Source: Centroscyllium fabricii (Eukaryota). From it: a DNA stretch of 64,000 nt. The DNA is taken from positions 152,086,001 to 152,150,000 of the forward strand of contig JBNRSN020000014.1 of NCBI GenBank assembly GCA_051313645.2, written 5' to 3'. Positions 49,355 through 61,200 of the stretch are shown one piece after another. How positions within the stretch are numbered: the stretch's first letter is position 1; every line of letters begins with the position of its first letter. The notes under the pieces were generated by a model. The model had not been told where the DNA came from, searched no databases, and saw only the letters and a program-made list of their open reading frames with translations. The position numbers and the translations under genes are program-made.

Positions 49355-52300
49355 GGATTGACTGAGGGAGGATTGACTGAGGGAGAACTGACTGAGAGAT
49401 GATTGACTGAGAGATGATTGACTGAGAGAGGACTGACTGAGAGAGGACTGACTGAGAGATGATTGACTGAGAGAATATTGACTGAGAGAGGATTTACTAG
49501 GAGGGAACTGACTGAGAGAGGACTGACTGAGAGAGGATTGACTGAGAGAGAACTGACTGAGAGAGAACTGACTGAGAGAGGATTGACTGAGGGAGGATTG
49601 ATTGAGAGAGGATTGACTGAGAGAGGATTGACTGAGAGAGGATTGACTGGGAGAGAACTGACTGAGAGGAGATTGACTGAAGGAGGACTGACTGAGAAGA
49701 ACTGACTGAGAGAGGACTGACTGAGAGAGGATTGACTGAGGGAGGATTGATTGAGAGAGGATTGACTGAGAGAGAACTGTCTGAGAGAGGATTGACTGAG
49801 AGAGGATTGACTGAGAGAGGATTGACTGAGGGAGGATTGACTGAGAGAGGATTGACTGAGAGAGAACTGACTGAGAGAGGATTGACTGAGGGAAGATTGA
49901 CTGAGAGAGGATTGACTGAGGGAGGATTGAATGAGAGAGGATTGACTGACAGAGGATTGACTGAGAGAGGATTGACTGAGAGAGAACTGACTGAGAGAGT
50001 ATTGACTGAGGGAGGATTGTCTGAGAGAGGATTGACTGAGGGAGGATTGAATGAGAGAGGATTGACTGAGGGAGGATTGACTGAGAGAAGATTGACTGAG
50101 AGAGGATTGACTGAGAGAGAACTGACTGAGAGAGGATTGACTGAGGGAGGATTGACTGAGAGAGGATTGACTGAGGGAGGATTGACTGAGAGAGGATTGA
50201 CTGAGAGAGAACTGACTGAGAGAGTATTGACTGAGGGAGGATTGACTGAGAGAGGATTGACTGAGAGAGGATTGACTGAGGGAGGATTGAATGAGAGAGG
50301 ATTGACTGAGGGAGGATTGACTGAGAGAAGATTGACTGAGAGAGGATTGATTGATAGAGGACTGACTGAGGGACGATTGACTGAGAGAGAACTGACTGAG
50401 AGAGGATTGACTGAGGGAGGATTGACTGAGAGAGGATTGACTGAGAGAGAACTGACTGAGAGAGGATTGATTGAGGGAGGATTGACAGAGAGGATTGACT
50501 GAGAGAGAACTGACTGAGAGAGGATTGACTGAGAGAGGATTGACTGAGAGAGGGCTGACTGAGAGAGGATTGACAGAGAGAACTGACTGAGAGGATTGAC
50601 TGAGAGAGGACTGACTGAGGGAGGACTGACTGAGGGAGGACAGACTGAGGGAGGACTGACTGAGGGAGGACTGACTGAGAGAGAACTGACTGAGAGAGGA
50701 TTGACTGAGGGAGAACTGACTGAGAGAGAACTGACTGAGAGAGAACTGACTGAGAGAGGATTGACTGAGAGAGAACTGACTGAGAGAGTACTGACTGAGA
50801 GAGGATTGACTGAGAGAGGATTGACTGAGGGAGGATTGAATGAGAGAGGATTGACTGAGGGAGGATTGACTGAGAGAAGATTGACTCAGAGGATTGACTG
50901 AGGGAGGATTGACTGAGGGAGGATTGACTGAGGGACGATTGACTGAGGGAGGATTGACTGAGGGAGAACTGACTGAGAGAGGATTGACTGAGAGAGGACT
51001 GACTGAGAGAGGATTGACTGAGGGAGGATTCACTGAGAGGATTGACTGAGAGAGGATTGACTGAGGGAGGACTGAGTGAGAGAGGATTGACTGAGAGAGA
51101 ACTGACTGAGAGAGGATTGACTGAGAGAGAATTGACTGAGAGGTTACTGACTGAGAGAGGATTGACTGAGAGAGGATTGACTGAGAGAGGATTGACTGAG
51201 AGAGGATTGACTGAGAGAGAACTGACTGAGAGAGGATTGACTGAGAGAGGATTGACTGAGAGAGGATTGTTTGAGAGAGGATTGACTGAGGGAGGATTGA
51301 CTGAGAGAGAACTGACTGGGAGAAGATTGACTGAGAGAGGATTGACTGAGAGGATTGACTGAGGGAGGATTGACTGAGAGAGGATTGACTGAGAGAGAAC
51401 TGACTGAGAGGATTGACTGAGCGAGGATTGACTGAGAGAGGATTGACTGAGAGAGAACTGACTGAGAGCGGATTGACTGAGGGAGGATTGACTGAGAGAG
51501 GATTGACTGAGGGAGGATTGACTGAGAGAGAACTGACTGAGAGAGGATTGACTGAGAGAGGATTGACTGAGAGAGGATTGACTGAGAGAGGATTGACTGA
51601 GAGAGGATTGACTGAGGGAGGATTGACTGAAAGAGGATTGACTGAGAGAGAACTGACTGAGAGAGGATTGACTGAGGGAGGATTGACTGAGAGAGGATTG
51701 ACTGAGGGAGGATTGACTGAGGGAGGATTGACTGAGCGAGGATTGACTGAGAGGATTGACTGAGAGAGGATTGACTGAGAGAACTGACTGAGAGAGTATT
51801 GACTGAGGGAGGATTGACTGAGAGAGGATTGACTGAGTGAGGATTGAATGAGAGAGGATTGACTGAGGGAGGATTGACTGAGAGAGGATTGACTGAGGGA
51901 GGATTGACTGAGGGAGGATTGACTGATAGAGGACTGACTTAGAGAGGACAGACTGAGAGAGGATTGACTGAGGGAGGCTTGACTGAGAGAGGATTGACTC
52001 AGGGAGGATTGACTGAGGGAGGATTGACTGAGGGAGGATTGACTGAGAGAGGATTGACTGAGGGAGGATTGACTGAGGGAGGATTGACTGAGGGAGGATT
52101 GACTGATAGAGGACTGACTTAGAGAGGACAGACTGAGAGAGGATTGACTGAGGGAGGCTTGACTGAGAGAGGATTGACTCAGGGAGGATTGACTGAGGGA
52201 CGATTGACTGAGGGAGGATTGACTGAGAGAGAACTGACTCAGAGAGAATTGACTGAGGGAGGATTGACTCAGGGAGGATTGAATGAGAGAGGATTGACTG

Positions 52301-54889
52301 ACAGAGGATTGACTGAGAGAGGATTGACTGAGAGAGAACTGACTGAGAGAATATTGACTGAGGGAGGATTGTCTGAGAGAGGATTGACTGAGGGAGGATT
52401 GAATGAGAGAGGATTGACTGAGGGAGGATTGACTGAGAGAAGATTGACTGAGAGAGGATTGACTGAGAGAGAACTGACTGAGAGAGGATTGACTGAGGGA
52501 GGATTGACTGAGAGAGGATTGACTGAGGGAGGATTGACTGAGGGAGGATTGACTGAGAGAGGATTGACTGAGAGAGGATTGACTGAGGGAGGATTGAATG
52601 AGAGAGGATTGACTGAGGGAGGATTGACTGAGAGAAGATTGACTGAGAGAGGATTGATTGATAGAGGACTGACTGAGGGACGATTGACTGAGAGAGAACT
52701 GACTGAGAGAGGATTGACTGAGGGAGGATTGACTGAGAGAGGATTGACTGAGAGAGAACTGACTGAGAGAGGATTGATTGAGGGAGGATTGACAGAGAGG
52801 ATTGACTGAGAGAGAACTGACTGAGAGAGGATTGACTGAGAGAGGATTGACTGAGAGAGGGCTGACTGAGAGAGGATTGACAGAGAGAACTGACTGAGAG
52901 GATTGACTGAGAGAGGACTGACTGAGGGAGGACTGACTGAGGGAGGACAGACTGAGGGAGGACTGACTGAGGGAGGACTGACTGAGAGAGAACTGACTGA
53001 GAGAGGATTGACTGAGGGAGAACTGACTGAGAGAGAACTGACTGAGAGAGAACTGACTGAGAGAGGATTGACTGAGAGAGAACTGACTGAGAGAGTACTG
53101 ACTGAGAGAGGATTGACTGAGAGAGGATTGACTGAGGGAGGATTGAATGAGAGAGGATTGACTGAGGGAGGATTGACTGAGAGATGATTGACTCAGAGGA
53201 TTGACTGAGGGAGGATTGACTGAGGGAGGATTGACTGAGGGACGATTGACTGAGGGAGGATTGACTGAGGGAGAACTGACTGAGAGAGGATTGACTGAGA
53301 GAGGACTGACTGAGAGAGGATTGACTGAGGGAGGATTGACTGAGAGGATTGACTGAGAGAGGATTGACTGAGGGAGGACTGAGTGAGAGAGGATTGACTG
53401 AGAGAGAACTGACTGAGAGAGGATTGACTGAGAGAGGATTGACTGAGAGGTTACTGACTGAGAGAGGATTGACTGAGAGAGGATTGACTGAGAGAGGATT
53501 GACTGAGAGAGGATTGACTGAGAGAGAACTGACTGAGAGAGGATTGACTGAGAGAGGATTGATTGAGAGAGGATTGACTGAGGGAGGATTGACTGAGAGA
53601 GAACTGACTGGGAGAGGATTGACTGAGAGAGGATTGACTGAGAGGATTGACTGAGGGAGGATTGACTGAGAGAGGATTGACTGAGAGAGAACTGACTGAG
53701 AGGATTGACTGAGGGAGGATTGACTGAGAGAGGATTGACTGAGAGAGAACTGACTGAGAGCGGATTGACTGAGGGAGGATTGACTGAGAGAGGATTGACT
53801 GAGGGAGGATTGACTGAGAGAGAACTGACTGAGAGAGGATTGACTGAGAGAGGATTGACTGAGAGAGGATTGACTGAGAGAGGATTGACTGAGAGAGGAT
53901 TGACTGAGGGAGGATTGACTGAAAGAGGATTGACTGAGAGAGAAGTGACTGAGAGAGGATTGACTGAGGGAGGATTGACTGAGAGAGGATTGACTGAGGG
54001 AGGATTGACTGAGGGAGGATTGACTGAGCGAGGATTGACTGAGAGGATTGACTGAGAGAGGATTGACTGAGAGAACTGACTGAGAGAGTATTGACTGAGG
54101 GAGGATTGACTGAGAGAGGATTGACTGAGTGAGGATTGAATGAGAGAGGATTGACTGAGGGAGGATTGACTGAGAGAGGATTGACTGAGGGAGGATTGAC
54201 TGAGGGAGGATTGACTGATAGAGGACTGACTTAGAGAGGACAGACTGAGAGAGGATTGACTGAGGGAGGCTTGACTGAGAGAGGATTGACTCAGGGAGGA
54301 TTGACTGAGGGAGGATTGACTGAGGGAGGATTGACTGAGAGAGAACTGACTCAGAGAGAATTGACTGAGGGAGGATTGACTGAGGGAGGATTGACTGTGA
54401 GAGGATTGACTGAGAGAGAACTGACGGTGAGAGGATTGACTGAGAGGATTGACTGAGAGAGGATTTACTGAGGGAGGATTGACTGAGAGAGAACTGACTG
54501 AGAGAGTATTTACTGAGGGAGGATTGACTGAGGGAGGATTGACTGAGGCAGGATTGACTGAGGGAGGATTGACTGAGAGAGGATTGACTGAGAGAGAACT
54601 GACTGAGGGAGAACTGACTGAGAGAGAACTGACTGAGAGAGAACTGACTGAGAGGAGATTGACTGAGAGAGAACTGACTGAGGGAGGACTGACTGAGAGA
54701 GGATTGACTGAGAGAGGATTGACTGAGAGAGGATTGACTGAGGGAGGATTGACTGAGAGAAGATTGACTGAGAGAGAACTGACTGAGAGAGGATTGACTG
54801 AGGGAGGATTGACTGAGAGAGGATTGACTGAGAGAGGATTGACTGAGGGAGGATTGAATGAGAGCGGATTGACTGAGGGAGGATTGACT
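49355..54889 (+). repeat. 15-bp satellite array containing a ~2.3-kb internal duplication
   Basis: ORF-track pairs 50596/52903 and 51042/53349 (offset 2307) and 51413/53705 (offset 2292). Shared rare variants GAGGGCTG, GAGGTTACTG and GAGAGCGG. Confidence 0.95.
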
Positions 54890-55217
54890 CATATTAATAT
54901 CATATGTCTGGGAGAAACACCAAAACTTCTCGAGTTAGCTGCAGAATACGTGACAGCATGCCATGACGCAAGAGAACACTTGAACATTGGACATCCCAGT
55001 CCCAATCAGATCACAGTTAAACCACTGTGACAAACTGCGTTTAAACTATATATCTCTTAATATAATTACGGATGCTGTTATATATATTCTGTTTGTACTG
55101 TTGTTATTATGTCTATTAATATACTATTTTTTAATGTATATTACAATGCTTTGGCAACAAAGGTTGATACCATTCATGCCAATAAAGCTTTTTGAATTTG
55201 TATTTGAATTTGCATTT
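54890..55217 (+). mobile_element. RTE-X-like LINE 3' end, copy 2 (duplicate of 49027-49354)
   Basis: No differences seen by eye from copy 1. Same 5' truncation point, tail, TSD and flanks; offset 5863. Confidence 0.85.
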
Positions 55218-58200
55218 GGATTGACTGAGGGAGGATTGACTGAGGGAGAACTGACTGAGAGATGATTGACTGAGAGATGATTGACTGAGAGAGGACTGAC
55301 TGAGAGAGGACTGACTGAGAGATGATTGACTGAGAGAATATTGACTGAGAGAGGATTTACTAGGAGGGAACTGACTGAGAGAGGACTGACTGAGAGAGGA
55401 TTGCCTGAGAGAGAACTGACTGAGAGAGAACTGACTGAGAGAGGATTGACTGAGGGAGGATTGATTGAGAGAGGATTGACTGAGAGAGGATTGACTGGGA
55501 GAGAACTGACTGAGAGGAGATTGACTGAAGGAGGACTGACTGAGAAGAACTGACTGAGAGAGGACTGACTGAGAGAGGATTGACTGAGGGAGGATTGATT
55601 GAGAGAGGATTGACTGAGAGAGAACTGTCTGAGAGAGGATTGACTGAGAGAGGATTGACTGAGAGAGGATTGACTGAGGGAGGATTGACTGAGAGAGGAT
55701 TGACTGAGAGAGAACTGACTGAGAGAGGATTGACTGAGGGAAGATTGACTGAGAGAGGATTGACTGAGGGAGGATTGAATGAGAGAGGATTGACTGACAG
55801 AGGATTGACTGAGAGAGGATTGACTGAGAGAGAACTGACTGAGAGAGTATTGACTGAGGGAGGATTGTCTGAGAGAGGATTGACTGAGGGAGGATTGAAT
55901 GAGAGAGGATTGACTGAGGGACGATTGACTGAGAGATGATTGACTGAGGGAGGATTGACTGAGAGAGGATTGACTGAGGGAGGATTGACTGAGAGAGGAT
56001 TGACTGAGAGAGAACTGACTGAGAGAGTATTGACTGAGGGAGGATTGACTGAGAGAGGATTGACTGAGAGAGGATTGACTGAGGGAGGATTGAATGAGAG
56101 AGGATTGACTGAGGGAGGATTGACTGAGAGAAGATTGACTGAGAGAGGATTGATTGATAGAGGACTGACTGAGGGACGATTGACTGAGAGAGAACTGACT
56201 GAGAGAGGATTGACTGAGGGAGGATTGACTGAGAGAGGATTGACTGAGAGAGAACTGACTGAGAGAGGATTGATTGAGGGAGGATTGACAGAGAGGATTG
56301 ACTGAGAGAGAACTGACTGAGAGAGGATTGACTGAGAGAGGATTGACTGAGAGAGGGCTGACTGAGAGAGGATTGACAGAGAGAACTGACTGAGAGGATT
56401 GACTGAGAGAGGACTGACTGAGGGAGGACTGACTGAGGGAGGACAGACTGAGGGAGGACTGACTGAGGGAGGACTGACTGAGAGAGAACTGACTGAGAGA
56501 GGATTGACTGAGGGAGAACTGACTGAGAGAGAACTGACTGAGAGAGAACTGACTGAGAGAGGATTGACTGAGAGAGAACTGACTGAGAGAGTACTGACTG
56601 AGAGAGGATTGACTGAGAGAGGATTGACTGAGGGAGGATTGAATGAGAGAGGATTGACTGAGGGAGGATTGACTGAGAGAAGATTGACTCAGAGGATTGA
56701 CTGAGGGAGGATTGACTGAGGGAGGATTGACTGAGGGACGATTGACTGAGGGAGGATTGACTGAGGGAGAACTGACTGAGAGAGGATTGACTGAGAGAGG
56801 ACTGACTGAGAGAGGATTGACTGAGGGAGGATTGACTGAGAGGATTGACTGAGAGAGGATTGACTGAGGGAGGACTGAGTGAGAGAGGATTGACTGAGAG
56901 AGAACTGACTGAGAGAGGATTGACTGAGAGAGGATTGACTGAGAGGTTACTGACTGAGAGAGGATTGACTGAGAGAGGATTGACTGAGAGAGGATTGACT
57001 GAGAGAGGATTGACTGAGAGAGAACTGACTGAGAGAGGATTGACTGAGAGAGGATTGATTGAGAGAGGATTGACTGAGGGAGGATTGACTGAGAGAGAAC
57101 TGACTGGGAGAGGATTGACTGAGAGAGGATTGACTGAGAGGATTGACTGAGGGAGGATTGACTGAGAGAGGATTGACTGAGAGAGAACTGACTGAGAGGA
57201 TTGACTGAGGGAGGATTGACTGAGAGAGGATTGACTGAGAGAGAACTGACTGAGAGCGGATTGACTGAGGGAGGATTGACTGAGAGAGGATTGACTGAGG
57301 GAGGATTGACTGAGAGAGAACTGACTGAGAGAGGATTGACTGAGAGAGGATTGACTGAGAGAGGATTGACTGAGAGAGGATTGACTGAGAGAGGATTGAC
57401 TGAGGGAGGATTGACTGAAAGAGGATTGACTGAGAGAGAACTGACTGAGAGAGGATTGACTGAGGGAGGATTGACTGAGAGAGGATTGACTGAGGGAGGA
57501 TTGACTGAGGGAGGATTGACTGAGCGAGGATTGACTGAGAGGATTGACTGAGAGAGGATTGACTGAGAGAACTGACTGAGAGAGTATTGACTGAGGGAGG
57601 ATTGACTGAGAGAGGATTGACTGAGTGAGGATTGAATGAGAGAGAATTGACTGAGGGAGGATTGACTGAGAGAGGATTGACTGAGGGAGGATTGACTGAG
57701 AGAGGATTGACTGAGAGAGAACTGACTGAGAGAGTATTGACTGAGGAAGGATTGACTGAGAGAGGATTGACTGAGAGAGGATTGACTGAGGGAGGATTGA
57801 ATGAGAGAGGATTGACTGAGGGAGGATTGACTGAGAGAGGATTCACTGAGGGATGATTGACTGAGAGAGGATTGACTGAGAGAGAACTGACTGAGAGAGG
57901 ATTGACTGAGAGAGGATTGACTGAGAGAGGACTGACTGAGAGAGGACTGGCTGAGAGAGAACTGACTGAGGGAGGATTGACTGAGAGAGGATTGACTGAG
58001 AGAAAACTGACTGAGAGAGGATTGACTGAGAGAGGATTGACTGAGAGAGGACTGACTGAGAGAGGATTGACTGAGAGAGGACTGACTGAGGGAGGACTGA
58101 CTGAGGGAGGACTGACTGAGAGAGAACTGACTGAGAGAGGATTGACTGAGGGAGAACTGACTGAGAGAGAACTGACTGAGAGAGAACTGACTGAGAGAGG

Positions 58201-61200
58201 ATTGACTGAGAGAGAACTGACTGTGAGTGTACTGACTGAGAGAGGATTGACTGAGGGAGGATTGACTGAGGGAGGATTGACTGAGGGATGATTGAATGAG
58301 AGAGGATTGACTGAGGGAGGATTGACTCAGAGAAGATTGACTGAGAGAGAACTGACTGAGAGACTATTAACTGAGTGAGGATTGACTGAGAGAGGATTGA
58401 CTCAGAGAGGATTGACTGAGGGAGGATTGAATGAGAGAGGATTGACTGAGGGAGGATTGACTGAGGGAGAACTGACTGAGGGAGAACTGACTGAGAGAGG
58501 ATTGACTGAGAGAGGACTGACTGAGAGAGGACTGACTGAGAGATGATTGACTGAGGGAGGATTGACTGAGAGAAGATTGACTGAGGGAGGATTGATTGAG
58601 AGAGGATTGGCTGAAGGACGATTGACTGAGGGAGGACTGACTGATAGAGGACTGACTGATAGAGGATTGACTGAGAGAGGATTGATTGAGAGAGGATTGG
58701 CTGAGGGAGGATTGATTGAGTGAGGATTGACTGAGAGAGAATTGGCTGAGGGAGGATTGATTGAGAGAGGATTGACTGAGAGAGGATTGACTGAGGGAGG
58801 ATTGACTGAGGGAGTACTGACTGAGAGAGGATTGACTGAGAGAGGACTGACTGAGAGTGGACTGACTGAGAGGATTGACTGAGGTAGGATTGACTGAGAG
58901 AGGATTGACTGAGAGAGGACTGACTGAGAGAGAACTGACTGAGAGAGGATTGACTGAGGGAGGACTGACTGAGAGAGAACTGACTGAGAGAGGACTGACT
59001 GAGAGAGGATTGACTGAGAGAGAACTGACTGAGGGAGGATTGATTGTGAGAGTATTGACTTAGGGAGGACTGACTGAGAGAGAACTGACTGAGAGAGGAC
59101 TGACTGAGAGATGATTGCCTGAGGGAGGATTGACTGAGAGAGGATTCACTGAGAGAGAACTGACTGAGAGAGGATTGACTGAGAGAGGATTGACTGAGAG
59201 AGGATTGACTGAGAGAGGATTGACTGAGAGAGGATTGACTGAGAGAGGATTGACTGAGAGAGGATTGACTGAGGGAGGATTGACTGAGAGAGAACTGACT
59301 GAGAGAGGATTGATTGAGGGAGGATTGACTGAGAGACGATTGACTGAGGGAGGATTGACTGAGGGAGGATTGACTGAGGGAGAACTGACTGAGAGAGGAT
59401 TGACTGAGAGAGGATTGACTGAGAGGATTGACTGAGAGAGGATTGACTGAGAGAACTGACTGAGAGAGTATTGACTGAGGGAGGATTGACTGAGAGAGGA
59501 TTGACTGAGTGAGGATTGAATGAGAGAGAATTGACTGAGGGAGGATTGACTGAGAGAGGATTGACTGAGGGAGGATTGACTGAGAGAGGATTGACTGAGA
59601 GAGAACTGACTGAGAGAGTATTGACTGAGGAAGGATTGACTGAGAGGATTGACTGAGAGAGGATTGACTGAGGGAGGATTGAATGAGAGAGGATTGACTG
59701 AGGGAGGATTGACTGAGAGAGGATTCACTGAGGGATGATTGACTGAGAGAGGATTGACTGAGAGAGAACTGACTGAGAGAGGATTGACTGAGAGAGGATT
59801 GACTGAGAGAGGACTGACTGAGAGAGGACTGGCTGAGAGAGAACTGACTGAGGGAGGATTGACTGAGAGAGGATTGACTGAGAGAAAACTGACTGAGAGA
59901 GGATTGACTGAGAGAGGATTGACTGAGAGAGGACTGACTGAGAGAGGATTGACTGAGAGAGGACTGACTGAGGGAGGACTGACTGAGGGAGGACTGACTG
60001 AGAGAGAACTGACTGAGAGAGGATTGACTGAGGGAGAACTGACTGAGAGAGAACTGACTGAGAGAGAACTGACTGAGAGAGGATTGACTGAGAGAGGATT
60101 GACTGAGAGAGAACTGACTGAGAGGATTGACTGAGGGAGGATTGACTGAGAGAGGATTGACTGAGAGAGAACTGACTGAGAGCGGATTGACTGAGGGAGG
60201 ATTGACTGAGAGAGGATTGACTGAGGGAGGATTGACTGAGAGAGAACTGACTGAGAGAGGATTGACTGAGAGAGGATTGACTGAGAGAGGATTGACTGAG
60301 AGAGGATTGACTGAGAGAGGATTGACTGAGGGAGGATTGACTGAAAGAGGATTGACTGAGAGAGAACTGACTGAGAGAGGATTGACTGAGGGAGGATTGA
60401 CTGAGAGAGGATTGACTGAGGGAGGATTGACTGAGGGAGGATTGACTGAGCGAGGATTGACTGAGAGGATTGACTGAGAGAGGATTGACTGAGAGAACTG
60501 ACTGAGAGAGTATTGACTGAGGGAGGATTGACTGAGAGAGGATTGACTGAGTGAGGATTGAATGAGAGAGAATTGACTGAGGGAGGATTGACTGAGAGAG
60601 GATTGACTGAGGGAGGATTGACTGAGAGAGGATTGACTGAGAGAGAACTGACTGAGAGAGTATTGACTGAGGAAGGATTGACTGAGAGAGGATTGACTGA
60701 GAGAGGATTGACTGAGGGAGGATTGAATGAGAGAGGATTGACTGAGGGAGGATTGACTGAGAGAGGATTCACTGAGGGATGATTGACTGAGAGAGGATTG
60801 ACTGAGAGAGAACTGACTGAGAGAGGATTGACTGAGAGAGGATTGACTGAGAGAGGACTGACTGAGAGAGGACTGGCTGAGAGAGAACTGACTGAGGGAG
60901 GATTGACTGAGAGAGGATTGACTGAGAGAAAACTGACTGAGAGAGGATTGACTGAGAGAGGATTGACTGAGAGAGGACTGACTGAGAGAGGATTGACTGA
61001 GAGAGGACTGACTGAGGGAGGACTGACTGAGGGAGGACTGACTGAGAGAGAACTGACTGAGAGAGGATTGACTGAGGGAGAACTGACTGAGAGAGAACTG
61101 ACTGAGAGAGAACTGACTGAGAGAGGATTGACTGAGAGAGATCTGACTGTGAGTGTACTGACTGAGAGAGGATTGACTGAGGGAGGATTGACTGAGGGAG

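Noticed and set aside
59060-59065. Telomeric TTAGGG (also ~61986 and ~63868)
   Set aside because: Single hexamers made by one substitution in a GAGGG monomer and copied by block duplication; no telomeric tract.
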